Shown: piece after piece, positions 1 to 9,161 of the stretch
Position numbering within the stretch: position 1 is the stretch's first letter
How the letters are laid out: every line of letters starts with the position of its first letter
Source of the DNA: a virus
UHGV virus genome: UHGV-0133264
DNA: 21,778 bases
Reading direction: 5' to 3' (one strand)
The notes under the pieces: generated by a model
What the model saw: the letters and a program-made list of their open reading frames with translations, nothing else
What the model was told of the DNA's origin: nothing
Databases searched by the model: none
Position numbers and translations under genes: made by a program

Positions 1-15
1 GTGCTCTTCCGATCT
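1..15. other. Illumina TruSeq adapter remnant at contig terminus (technical artefact, not biology)
   Basis: Bases 1-15 are GTGCTCTTCCGATCT, the reverse complement of AGATCGGAAGAGCAC, i.e. the 3' end of the TruSeq adapter. Genuine sequence starts at 16. Confidence 0.9.
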
Positions 16-1998
16 CGTGTCCAGTGCCGCATTTATCACGCGGGTAACAATATTAGTCTGTTTGGCATCGGATTCAGTTTTAGAATCAGATGTCTCCTGG
101 TGGCTATTAACCGGAGCTTTTAACTCTGGAGTGATTTCTTTCGCATTAGCCTCGCCGATCGGATTGGGTATTTTTGATACAATCATTGCCGCAGGGGTAT
201 TTTTAACGGCATCAACCGCTGCATCTAATGCTTTACCTGGTAAATTTTTAACCCCATCCCAAATATTACCAGCCGCCTCTTTAATGTGTTTCCCTGGGTT
301 CTTAATGAAATCAATTGCACTATCAATTGCATCACTGAAAACCTGTTTCAGGTTATCGACAGTAAAGAAGTCTTTGATGGCATCCAGCTTTTCAAGCAGC
401 TTATTAGATGTATCGCTAAACCATGCTGAAACAGCATCACCAATCTTTGCTGTGTAATCATCGAACTTGGTAGAAATGGTGTCGCCAAGGTTAGAAATAT
501 ATGTTTCTAAGTTGGTAATCCCACTATCAATGGCATGGGCAATACTTTCCGTCGAAAATGATTGCAACATATTGCCGATATCCTCAAATCCAAGTGATTT
601 GAGAACCTCACCAATGGCGCTGCTAATACCAGATACCAGTCCCCCCATATCAAGAATATTAGCTAACGTATAAGCGGCTTTTTGCTGGAATGATGGATCT
701 TGTCCTGATTTAAGCCCAAACGCTCGACGTTGCGCTTCTGTATCATTCCAACCGGTTACCGCATCATAAATACCTCCAACCACTGTGCCGACTAGGGGAA
801 TTGCGCGTAACGCCCCTTTACCAACTGCCTTTAATCCAAGTTTACCTGCTGCCCGGGCAGCCAAATCTCCGCCTTCATGGGCGAGAGTCTTCTTACCACC
901 ACCGCGTAGCATTCCTACAAGTTTCTTTGCCCCCAGAGCGCCAAAAGCGAGTGCTCCAGCTTTTTTCAGCATGCCACGCCCCATTAACAACGACGCGACG
1001 CCACCGGCCCCCTTCCCTAACAGGCTAAATAGTTTGGACAGCAAGCCGCCCTTCTTTTTCCCGGTGTTTTTGGCTATCTGATCAAGGGCGCTGAGAATCT
1101 TGTCATTGCCCTCTTTAATTTCGCTGGTCTGCTCCTGAAGTTCCTGAACCGTCCGTTTTTGGGTGTTAACCTGAACGACATCGGCACTATTTTGCGATTT
1201 ACGCCTAAAAAAACCTTTTCTACGGCTGTTATCGTCATTGCCACGAATCACATCGGCAATAGACTTTCTGGCACCATTAAGCGATCCGCCAACTTCTTTT
1301 GATATCCCGCCAAGCTCCTTCCCTGCTGCCCACAATGGACCTGCAACGGCATAACCTAACGCATCGACAGCACGAGTCTCTGAAGGGTTACCTATGCCTT
1401 CAGCTACTTTTGACAGTTTTTTTAATAAACCTGATTCAGCATTTAGACGCTCATCATCCTCTTTTCGCCTGGCCTTTTCTGCTCGTTCAGCACGGGCATC
1501 TTCCGCTGCGGCCTTACTCCCTGACTTTCCAATAAAACGACCACGCGCATCGCGTTGGTTTTGGCTTTTTTGCGCACCGCCTTTTTGACCGAACATTTCG
1601 CGAGCGTGTTCGGCTGCTTCGGTCCGTTGTGCCTTTACATCCTCTGGTATAGCCTTCCTGCGTCGTTTTTTACCCTTTGGTGTGGTTGATTTGGCCCGCT
1701 GTTCCTGTTGAGCAACATCTTCCTGAACTACACGAGAAACGTCCCCTAAATTAAGCCGTTTCATTGCCTCAACAATAGGGTCCACTGATGGCGCATTGGC
1801 CACAAAGTCTGGCCGGGAATTTTCGATTGTGCGATTTAATGCCGACACACTGCGAGAGACAGGATCAACAGTTGCAACGCGTCCCCCTTTCAAATCTTCA
1901 ACAGCTTCCCGGATACCTGCAAGCTCTTCCAGCTCTTTTGCACTGGCGGTTTCAACTGTCCTTATAACATCGTCAATGTTGGCGTTTTTTCTTTCCAT
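16..1998 (-). CDS. Tape-measure / injected structural protein, N-terminal ~661 aa (3' end truncated by contig edge); occupies the position of P1 sit
   Basis: The minus strand is open from an ATG at ~1998 (MERKNANIDDVIRTVETASAKELEELAGIREAVEDL...) to the window edge. The product is Lys/Gly/Ala-rich with GKKKGG and GxxxG stretches typical of tape-measure proteins. The plus-strand ORFs listed at 17-2026 are fragmented, multi-frame and low-complexity, as expected for its antisense. Not in the ORF track because it has no stop inside the window. Confidence 0.6.
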
Positions 1999-2079
1999 GA
2001 TCTTATCGCCTACCGTTTCGGTTTAAGTTTTTCTTCCAGTTTCTCCAACAGGAAAAACGCATAGGATTCAGTAAGCCTT

Positions 2080-2961
2080 TCAGCGTCCTGAATCGGTATA
2101 CCCCCATACAAAACCAGGTTGGACACTAAGGTCTGATAGCTTTTCAATCCCCACCTGTGGAATGAAGTCGGTAGCCCGAAAGGGCACCCACAGACGGGTA
2201 TACGCACCCTCTGTGGACTCCTTTTTATCCTGATTTGGGCATTTATGCGGCGGGAGACGAAGACGCATTTCACCTTTATCGATGTAGCACGGTAAACCAT
2301 GTTCGAGCTTTTCATGAGCCAGTCGGATGTGTGCCGCCAGCTTCATAAATTCAGTATCAATGGCCATCCGTTTAATCGTTTCATAACGACGCTCAGCCTG
2401 ATCTTCACGAGTACCGCTAACATCGTTATAAAGCTCACACTGATAAGCGAATTCCCAAAAACGCAAATCAACGATCGCTTCTTTGAATTCCGCGTCGTCT
2501 TCAGGTGGCAATGCTGCACGGCGCATCTCCAGCATTTCCATTGCCCAACCATCAAGCGGCACGATACGCCATTGATAAGGTACTCCCTCTACAGACACCT
2601 CAATATCGTCAATGAAAGGTTCCACTTCCAGGACCTGGATATCTTCAGCCAGAGCATTCATATCGCAATCGTAATAATGCTCTTTACCGCAATGTTTACA
2701 GGTGTAAGTGAATGTCTCGACCGGTGTTTCACGGGAGCCGGTAAATATCCACCATAACGCGGTAATCCGGTCCTGCGCCGTCCATGTCAGGGGATCATGT
2801 TTCGCGGGTTCAGCCAGCAAGGCTTTTAAATACGCCGTTGTCTGTTGTTCTTGTTCCTCCGGTGTTATCGAGTTGAAACGCATCGCATCAGCAATATTTG
2901 GCTGACGGAACTGGATCAATTCAGTTGGCCGCGATGGTAGCGGGAAAAGGGGTAAAAGCAT
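2080..2961 (-). CDS. Hypothetical tail-morphogenesis protein with Cys-rich motif (CKHCGKEHYYDCD); P1 pmgB position
   Basis: 293-aa ORF with AAGGAG Shine-Dalgarno 5 nt before the ATG. Lies in the same operon between the tube-like gene and the tape-measure gene. Function unknown. Confidence 0.6.
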   Translation of the reverse strand: MLLPLFPLPSRPTELIQFRQPNIADAMRFNSITPEEQEQQTTAYLKALLAEPAKHDPLTWTAQDRITALWWIFTGSRETPVETFTYTCKHCGKEHYYDCDMNALAEDIQVLEVEPFIDDIEVSVEGVPYQWRIVPLDGWAMEMLEMRRAALPPEDDAEFKEAIVDLRFWEFAYQCELYNDVSGTREDQAERRYETIKRMAIDTEFMKLAAHIRLAHEKLEHGLPCYIDKGEMRLRLPPHKCPNQDKKESTEGAYTRLWVPFRATDFIPQVGIEKLSDLSVQPGFVWGYTDSGR

Positions 2962-2975
2962 CCTTGCTCCTTAAT

Positions 2976-3587
2976 TCAAAGAGAAAAACTAAAGCCCAGA
3001 AGGGAAGCCAAAGAACTTGAGGATTGGTTAAACGTGCTGTGCAATGCGAAGGTCATTGGGAATGACTTAAATTCCGTAACCTGATCCCGCGCATAGGTGA
3101 CATCGCCGGTAGTGACCGGGAATACAGTCATCTCATTTTCCAGTTTGGTTAAGCCGGAAGACAGCAACCGATAAATACGCACATTGAGCAAATATTTAGA
3201 CGGTATATTCCCGGTACCGTCTGGATTAATCACCCGACTTTTTGCCGTCTTAAACCAGTCCAAAACGAGGCCATCAACGGTATCCCTGACCATCATTGTT
3301 ATCTGCCCTGGCGAACGCTCCGTTGGTTGAAGGATATTCCCTCCGCCGATTTTAATCGTTTCATATTCGATGCTGTAATCGTGGTAGGTAATATCTTTGG
3401 CAAAGAAGTCTGCTCCCTCCAGTCCATCAACTTCGACAGAGAACTGCCATCCTTGCGCGAACAGCATTTTGTTCATGATGATTGACGTCAGCTTACCAAC
3501 TTCCCGCTCACCAACGCCGGAGCCAAATAATGTCGTCGTTAATGCCGAAGATACATAAGACTTTACTGAAGCAACATTAAGCCCCAT
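2976..3587 (-). CDS. Putative tail tube-like structural protein (P1 tub position)
   Basis: 203-aa ORF with a GAGGGGG Shine-Dalgarno that overlaps the stop codon of the upstream gene (tight coupling). Beta-rich composition of about 22 kDa. The tube assignment rests on synteny and size only. Confidence 0.45.
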   Translation of the reverse strand: MGLNVASVKSYVSSALTTTLFGSGVGEREVGKLTSIIMNKMLFAQGWQFSVEVDGLEGADFFAKDITYHDYSIEYETIKIGGGNILQPTERSPGQITMMVRDTVDGLVLDWFKTAKSRVINPDGTGNIPSKYLLNVRIYRLLSSGLTKLENEMTVFPVTTGDVTYARDQVTEFKSFPMTFALHSTFNQSSSSLASLLGFSFSL

Positions 3588-3597
3588 ATCAGCCCCC

Positions 3598-4188
<591 letters not shown>

Positions 4189-4318
4189 TTAACCGATTCT
4201 ACGAGTAGTCATTTGTTCATTGAGTAGGAATATTGTTGTCTGGGGGGTAATCAGTGTAGGTGGAATGAGGGATATGATATGGTTATCACATAATCAGGTT
4301 GTTTTGAGTAAAACAATA

Positions 4319-4346
4319 AAACGCCCTTTAATGGGCGTTTTTTTAA
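4319..4346. terminator. Bidirectional rho-independent terminator downstream of the sim-like operon
   Basis: Stem AAACGCCC, loop TTTAAT, stem GGGCGTTT, followed by TTTT on the plus strand and preceded by an A-run, so a U-tract follows the hairpin on either strand. Confidence 0.55.
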
Positions 4347-4373
4347 AACTTAAATTGACTATCCTTTCAAATA

Positions 4374-5186
4374 CTATTTTAATTCTATGTAATTTTTAAA
4401 TTCTCCCTCATATTTATACATGATGCTATCAAATCCTTCCATTACATCAACGAATTGTTGTGAACATTCCGGCTTCCAAGGCGTACACTTACGAACCATA
4501 TCCATTTTTTTCTTATCCTTCGTTGTATCGACTAAGGATAGGTACCCTATAAAATTCATCATCTGAACAGGATCTTGATTTGTGAATATATATTTGACGT
4601 TTTGCTTAGTAGGCGAAAAAGAATCAAAAGCAGGGAACATATATTCACCAGAAAAAGAGAGTGCAGCATCAATGACGTCTGTTGCAGGAGTGCAGTTGCT
4701 CAGAATTGGCACTAAGCTAAAATTAGCACCTGAGCACACTGCATATATATCATCCCCTTTTTTTAGTTTTAACAGAGAGTCTTGCTTTGAATCCAATATT
4801 TTCAATTTGATATAATTTAGTGGCGTTGCATTTTCCCCTGGAGTAAATAACTCTACAATTGGTTTATTATTCACCATTCTTATGGATTTTATTTCACCAT
4901 ACACAATTGGAATTGTGTTCCATTTTTCCTGAGCAGCAAATTCATTATCTTTAAAATCATTAACCAACTCAGATGGCAAATGATAACCAAATTGATTGTT
5001 CATTGCTTTCGAAGCAAATCCAGACAAATAGAATGCCCTTACTAAATCATAATCTTTCTTTGAGGTAGAAAGCCAATCTGGCAATTTATTATCAGCTATC
5101 GCGCTTCCAGCAAAAATAGCACAACAAAATGTTATTACATTAAATAATTTCATTTTCCATTCACTCATTAATCGGTTTAAACTCAC
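4374..5186 (-). CDS. Secreted protein with N-terminal signal peptide; Sim-like superinfection-exclusion candidate (P1 simC position)
   Basis: 270-aa ORF. Internal Met 12 (about 5153) begins MKLFNVITFCCAIFAGSAIA, a classic signal peptide with an AxA cleavage site. AT-rich coding region with many Lys and Asn codons. Confidence 0.55.
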   Translation of the reverse strand: MSLNRLMSEWKMKLFNVITFCCAIFAGSAIADNKLPDWLSTSKKDYDLVRAFYLSGFASKAMNNQFGYHLPSELVNDFKDNEFAAQEKWNTIPIVYGEIKSIRMVNNKPIVELFTPGENATPLNYIKLKILDSKQDSLLKLKKGDDIYAVCSGANFSLVPILSNCTPATDVIDAALSFSGEYMFPAFDSFSPTKQNVKYIFTNQDPVQMMNFIGYLSLVDTTKDKKKMDMVRKCTPWKPECSQQFVDVMEGFDSIMYKYEGEFKNYIELK

Positions 5187-5496
5187 TAATTAATTCACCA
5201 AGACTATTTGGGTATGCTTTATAAATAACATACTCCGAAGAGCCATCTGAATATTGGTAAACCCCATAACAGACCAGTTTATTTATTCCTTTCTGAATAG
5301 TTTTTTGATTATAAGAATCAACCACTGTTATTCCATATGACGATAATATTTCGTTATATTCTTCAATAAGAGCTTTTCTTGTTTCCACTGAATTACAATC
5401 TACCTTCGAAAAGTCAACTTCATCAGCAAAAACATTAAATGTTAAAAAGGAAAGCACTAAAAACAAACGAATCAGCATAAATCCACTCCTACGCAT
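5161..5496 (-). CDS. Small secreted protein with signal peptide (P1 simB position)
   Basis: ORF of 111 aa. The likely start is Met 7 (about 5478), preceded by AGGAG, giving MLIRLFLVLSFLTFNVFA as signal peptide. Confidence 0.5.
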   Translation of the reverse strand: MRRSGFMLIRLFLVLSFLTFNVFADEVDFSKVDCNSVETRKALIEEYNEILSSYGITVVDSYNQKTIQKGINKLVCYGVYQYSDGSSEYVIYKAYPNSLGELISEFKPINE

Positions 5497-5499
5497 GGA

Positions 5500-5631
5500 T
5501 TAATAGTCATTGATCGCAAAGGCGTAAACTTGCCAAAGGTATTTCGTATAATCGGTACAAATCTCCTTTACGCTTGATGCTGCATTAACAGTCCCAGCCA
5601 TAAATAATAACGATAGTAATAGTTTTCTCAT
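5500..5631 (-). CDS. Unlisted 43-aa secreted peptide (MRKLLLSLLFMAGTVNAASSVKEICTDYTKYLWQVYAFAINDY); P1 simA position
   Basis: Found by reading the minus strand; too short for the ORF track. AGGTGAG Shine-Dalgarno about 7 nt upstream of the ATG. Signal peptide with VNA-A cleavage site. Its stop lies 3 nt before the next gene's upstream ATG. Confidence 0.4.
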   Translation of the reverse strand: MRKLLLSLLFMAGTVNAASSVKEICTDYTKYLWQVYAFAINDY

Positions 5632-5727
5632 TATAAACTCACCTGCCTTATCACCCATTTAGGGTACATATTTTCGCCTTTAAAAAAAAGAGGTTATTAG
5701 ATCCAACTGTGTATTTATTAAGCAGAT

Positions 5728-5744
5728 AATGCTCTAATAAATTT
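5728..5744 (+). promoter_or_regulatory. C1 repressor operator (Op51-type), 16/17 match to ATTGCTCTAATAAATTT
   Basis: AATGCTCTAATAAATTT seen directly. Sits between the divergent sim-like operon and the c4-icd-ant operon, about 40 bp upstream of a consensus promoter. Confidence 0.7.
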
Positions 5745-5782
5745 GTATTTTTAAGTCACGAATGCTATCTTTTCGCATCATA

Positions 5783-5811
5783 TTGACCTTTTAATCGTTC
5801 AGGCTTATAGT
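5783..5811 (+). promoter_or_regulatory. Sigma-70 promoter for the c4-icd-ant operon (P51-type)
   Basis: TTGACC, 17-nt spacer, TATAGT. Confidence 0.6.
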
Positions 5812-5924
5812 TCCGCCGTCGTAGCAAATTCTGCGACCGGGTTTAGCAGCCTGAATGATTGTGCGGACAGCCGCAGATATCCGATATTGCGGTATTTTTG
5901 TGTCCGTAAAACCGCGTTACGCCC

Positions 5925-6002
5925 AAATTATGGTGGGGCGTGATGGGGAGGCTTCGGCCTGCTGGTTTCACAATCGCCAGTCTGCTAACCCCGTCACGTC
6001 CT
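5925..6002 (+). ncRNA. c4: c4-type antisense RNA, processed from the leader of the icd-ant transcript
   Basis: Long-range helix CGTGATGGGG (about 5938-5947) pairs with CCCCGTCACG (about 5990-5999), enclosing a GGCTTCGGCC hairpin. The element contains CTGCTAAC, complementary to two GTTTAGCAGC copies at about 5841-5850 and 6010-6019, the latter just upstream of the icd Shine-Dalgarno. Boundaries are approximate. Confidence 0.5.
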
Positions 6003-6058
6003 GCCACCTGTTTAGCAGCGGGTAGCAGGTTGTTAAACCTGATTGTGAGGCCGTAACT

Positions 6059-6280
6059 ATGGTTAATGCCAATCCTTGCGCACGCCCAGAATTCATCTGG
6101 CGTTTCTATTCCTGTAAAAAACACCACTATCACTTCGTTATCGCAGCAACTGAAGACGAAGCACGCTCTCAATTGCCTGATGGCCCCTGCATTTTTACTG
6201 CCCGTTTTTCAACTAACTCGCGCAATTCACTTAGTTACTGGAGCCTCCCCTTCTCTGCCGACGTTCAGGGGGGTTTATGA
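6059..6280 (+). CDS. icd: Icd-like small protein (interference with cell division), translationally coupled to ant
   Basis: 73-aa ORF with GTGAGG Shine-Dalgarno. Its TGA stop overlaps the ant ATG in an ATGA arrangement. Lies immediately downstream of the c4 target repeat. Confidence 0.55.
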   Translation: MVNANPCARPEFIWRFYSCKKHHYHFVIAATEDEARSQLPDGPCIFTARFSTNSRNSLSYWSLPFSADVQGGL

Positions 6281-7323
6281 AAAAACCTCTCGTCACCCGT
6301 AATGACATAGCCGAAGCGATCGCCCTGCATACTGCCTGTATACCGACACGGGAGATCCCCGGCGCAATTGCCAACTATTTCATGATAACCAGGCGTTTTT
6401 ATACCCGAACAGATAAGGCTGTGATCAACAGGCTACTGATAGCCGAGATCAGGGATTATTTGATTGAACAAGGACGTCTACGTTACGCAACGGTGGCAGC
6501 AGAAATGAGAAAGGAGGCACATAGAATGACCAGTAATAATTTGAATGTTAAAAAACCAGCACCTGTTGCTTCAGCAACGCCAGCACCAGCCGTGAATGTC
6601 ATCCCCACCACCGGAGACACAATCGACAGCCTGACACTGTTAAAGATGGTCAATGAGGCACGGAAATTATGTAGCGAAAAACCAGTTCGCAACAATGATT
6701 TCATTGCCAGAGTTAAGGATGAGCTTGATGGGGAGGGTTACGAAATCTTCGTAACCCCTATGGATAAGAAAAAAGGTGGAGCGGATCAGGTAGTTATAGT
6801 AATGACATACAAACAAGCCCTGCGCGTTGCTGCTCGCGAATCGAAAGCGGTCCGCCGTTCGCTGATCGACAAACTGGAAGAATTGCAGCAGGCAAACTCC
6901 CCTACCCCATCGATCCCCCAAACATTACCGGAAGCACTGCGCCTGGCTGCCGAGTTAGCAGAACAGAAAATGCAGCTGGAACAACAGCTGGTGGCCGCAG
7001 CCCCTAAAGTCGATTTTGCCGACCGGGTATCAGTGGCTAATGGAATCCTGATCGGGAACTTTGCAAAGGTCGTTGGACTGAAGCAAAACGCCCTTTTCTC
7101 ATGGTTGCGCCAGAACGGCATTCTCATGGCTTTTGGTGCGCGCAAAAACGTACCGCGCCAACAGTACATCAACGCCGGGTATTTCACGGTGAAAGAAGTG
7201 GTGCTGGATGATGAAAATGGCTACCAGATACGGCTGACGCCCCAATTAACGGGTAAAGGCCAGCAGTGGTTGACTCGCAAGCTACTTGATGCTGGTTTGT
7301 TAAAACCAGTAGCAATAGGTTAA
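6277..7323 (+). CDS. ant: Antirepressor Ant1 (348 aa), with in-frame internal start for Ant2 at about 6526
   Basis: The C-terminal ~110 aa (LPEALRLAAELAEQK...APKVDFADRV...GKGQQWLTRKLLDAGLL) form an Ant/KilA C-terminal domain, about 60% identical to the C-terminus of the downstream kilA. A strong internal AAGGAGG sits 8 nt before Met 84 (MTSNNLNV...). Position after c4-icd matches the P1 immI operon. Confidence 0.75.
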   Translation: MKKPLVTRNDIAEAIALHTACIPTREIPGAIANYFMITRRFYTRTDKAVINRLLIAEIRDYLIEQGRLRYATVAAEMRKEAHRMTSNNLNVKKPAPVASATPAPAVNVIPTTGDTIDSLTLLKMVNEARKLCSEKPVRNNDFIARVKDELDGEGYEIFVTPMDKKKGGADQVVIVMTYKQALRVAARESKAVRRSLIDKLEELQQANSPTPSIPQTLPEALRLAAELAEQKMQLEQQLVAAAPKVDFADRVSVANGILIGNFAKVVGLKQNALFSWLRQNGILMAFGARKNVPRQQYINAGYFTVKEVVLDDENGYQIRLTPQLTGKGQQWLTRKLLDAGLLKPVAIG

Positions 7324-7335
7324 CAAAAGAAAAAA

Positions 7336-7360
7336 CCTGCCAGCGAACTGGCAGGTTTCT
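7336..7360 (+). terminator. Rho-independent terminator after ant
   Basis: Stem CCTGCCAG, loop CGAA, stem CTGGCAGG, then TTTCT. Confidence 0.7.
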
Positions 7361-7400
7361 GAGCAGTTCGACCAACCCGATCTGGATCGAGTTAGAAAAA

Positions 7401-7417
7401 TTTGCTCTAATAAATTT
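7401..7417 (+). promoter_or_regulatory. C1 repressor operator (Op53-type) controlling the kilA-repL lytic replicon
   Basis: TTTGCTCTAATAAATTT, 16/17 to the C1 operator consensus, about 70 bp upstream of the kilA ATG. Confidence 0.7.
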
Positions 7418-7486
7418 CGTTTTCTAAGTGCAAAGAATCACCATTTCGAGCTGGTGATTGAAGGTTGATGCAAATTTGGAGAAAAA

Positions 7487-8286
7487 ATGCAACAAACATT
7501 CAATGCGGATATGAATATATCAAACCTTCATCAAAATGTCGATCCTTCAACCACTCTACCTGTTATTTGTGGTGTTGAAATTACGACCGACCGCGCTGGC
7601 CGTTACAACCTTAATGCTCTACACAGAGCGAGCGGACTCGGTGCCCATAAAGCGCCAGCTCAATGGCTAAGAACGCTGTCAGCCAAACAGCTCATTGAAG
7701 AGCTTGAAAAAGAAACTATGCAGAATTGCATAGTTTCGTTCGAAGGTCGTGGCGGCGGCACTTTTGCCCATGAATTGCTCGCTGTGGAGTACGCAGGTTG
7801 GATTTCTCCCGCGTTTCGGCTGAAGGTAAACCAGACATTTATCGACTATCGAGCCGGAAGATTACAACCAGCTATTCCGCAGAGTCTCCCTGAAGCACTC
7901 CGTTTGGCAGCCGACCTGGCAGAGCAAAAGCAACGCCTGGAGCAAAAAATGCTTATGGATGCCCCTAAAGTCGAATTCGCCGAACGCGTTGCTACCGCAG
8001 CGGGGTTCTAATCGGCAACTATGCCAAAGTGCTCGGCCTGGGCCAAAACTATCTCTTCACCTGGTTGCGTGATAACGGAATTCTGATCGCAACCGGTGAA
8101 CGCAGGAACGTCCCCAAACAAGAATACATATCCCGTGGGTATTTCACCCTTAAAGAAACCGTGATCGATACAAGCAATGGAAGCAGGATTTCTTTCACGA
8201 CTCGTATAACCGGCAAAGGTCAGCAGTGGCTTATGAAGCGATTGCTTGATGCTGGTGTGCTGGTGCCTATCGCGGCGACGCGCTAA
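7487..8286 (+). pseudogene. kilA: kilA (KilA-N domain plus Ant/KilA C-terminal domain) interrupted by a 1-nt frameshift near 8005
   Basis: ORF 7487-8011 (174 aa, KilA-N-like) and ORF 8029-8286 (85 aa, C-terminal domain) are colinear with the intact ant paralogue. Around 8001-8016 the sequence CGGGGTTCTAATCGGC reads F-stop, while the +2 frame reads LIGNYAKVLGLGQN, matching ILIGNFAKVVGLKQN in ant. The span is 800 nt; one more base restores a 266-aa protein. Confidence 0.7.
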
Positions 8287-8315
8287 CAGACGTAGTAAGA
8301 ACCACCAGCATTGTA

Positions 8316-9161
8316 ATGCTGGCTAAAGTCACTTTCCTGAGCTGTATAACGATGAGCGATTTTACTTTTTCTGGCTATGAATTGGCCTGCTTTGTAACAC
8401 ACTCCGGTCTATCCCGTAGCGCCGGGCATATCCTGTCGCAATGTGCAAATCTCGCGGCAACAACCAGTGAATACTTCATTCACAAGCCTCACCGCCTGAT
8501 CGCGGCAGAAACTGGTTATAGCCAATCAACCGTCGTTCGTGCATTCCGTGAAGCTGTAAACAAAGGAATCCTGTCTGTAGAGATTGTTATCGGCGATCAC
8601 CGTGAACGCCGCGCTAACCTGTACCGGTTTACACCATCCTTTTTGGCCTTCGCACAACAAGCTAAAAACGCGCTGACTGAAAGCAAATTAAAGATCTCTT
8701 CAGCCGCAACCAAGGTTAAAGCTGTTCTCGCTAAGACATTGGCTTTATTTGATTTTTTATCCACACCCCCATGTCAAAATGATACCCCCTCCCCCTGTCA
8801 GGATGACGTGGCAATAAAGAATAAGAAGTCACAAGTTAAAAAAACAAAAAGATCAGTTTCCGGCGGTGCCGGAACGACCAGACTCAAAAAATTGACTTCA
8901 TGGATCGCTGAGGCAAAAGCAAAGGCTGACAATCTGCGGTTATCCAAAAAACGCGCTCAAAAACATGAGTTCAAGCAGAAAGTAGAGGCGGCTGCGCGGA
9001 AATATGCTTACCTGAAGAACAAGCGTTCGCCTGATATTGGCGGGATATCAAACTTCGATAACCTACCGCATTGCATGACGGTAAACGAAGCTCTTAATGC
9101 GGTTTTAGCCAAAAATAAAGATAACGAACAATGGGGTATACCGGCGGGATTCAGAGGGTGA
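8316..9161 (+). CDS. repL: RepL, initiator of the lytic replicon (origin expected inside the gene)
   Basis: 281-aa ORF directly downstream of kilA under the Op53 operator. The stretch from MSDFTFSGYELACFV onward matches my recollection of P1 RepL. An alternative start at Met 13 (8352) is possible. Confidence 0.75.
   Translation: MLAKVTFLSCITMSDFTFSGYELACFVTHSGLSRSAGHILSQCANLAATTSEYFIHKPHRLIAAETGYSQSTVVRAFREAVNKGILSVEIVIGDHRERRANLYRFTPSFLAFAQQAKNALTESKLKISSAATKVKAVLAKTLALFDFLSTPPCQNDTPSPCQDDVAIKNKKSQVKKTKRSVSGGAGTTRLKKLTSWIAEAKAKADNLRLSKKRAQKHEFKQKVEAAARKYAYLKNKRSPDIGGISNFDNLPHCMTVNEALNAVLAKNKDNEQWGIPAGFRG

Noticed and set aside
17-2026. Seven plus-strand ORFs (17-457, 467-673, 785-1081, 801-1028, 1299-1535, 1394-1588, 1796-2026)
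   Set aside because: Multi-frame, Ser/Ala/Pro-rich low-complexity products. They are the antisense shadow of the long minus-strand Gly/Lys-rich tape-measure-like gene.
2010-2757. ORFs 2010-2315 (-), 2299-2757 (+), 2343-2555 (-) and 2708-2905 (+)
   Set aside because: They overlap the 293-aa gene (2080-2961) in other frames or antisense, with no ribosome-binding site and an implausible composition.
5843-6302. ORF 5843-6172 (-) and ORF 6066-6302 (+)
   Set aside because: They lie across the c4 RNA/icd region. The minus ORF is antisense to the structured RNA and the promoter-proximal leader. The plus ORF is an alternative frame of icd without a ribosome-binding site.
6483-7375. Minus-strand ORFs inside ant (6483-6704, 6667-6921, 6786-7187, 7184-7375)
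   Set aside because: Antisense to a gene with a clear domain structure and coupled start. No ribosome-binding sites.
7436-7459. Hairpin AATCACCA, loop TTTCGAGC, TGGTGATT in the kilA leader as a terminator
   Set aside because: No U-tract follows. It may be a leader structure of the kilA-repL transcript, but I have no basis to assign a function.
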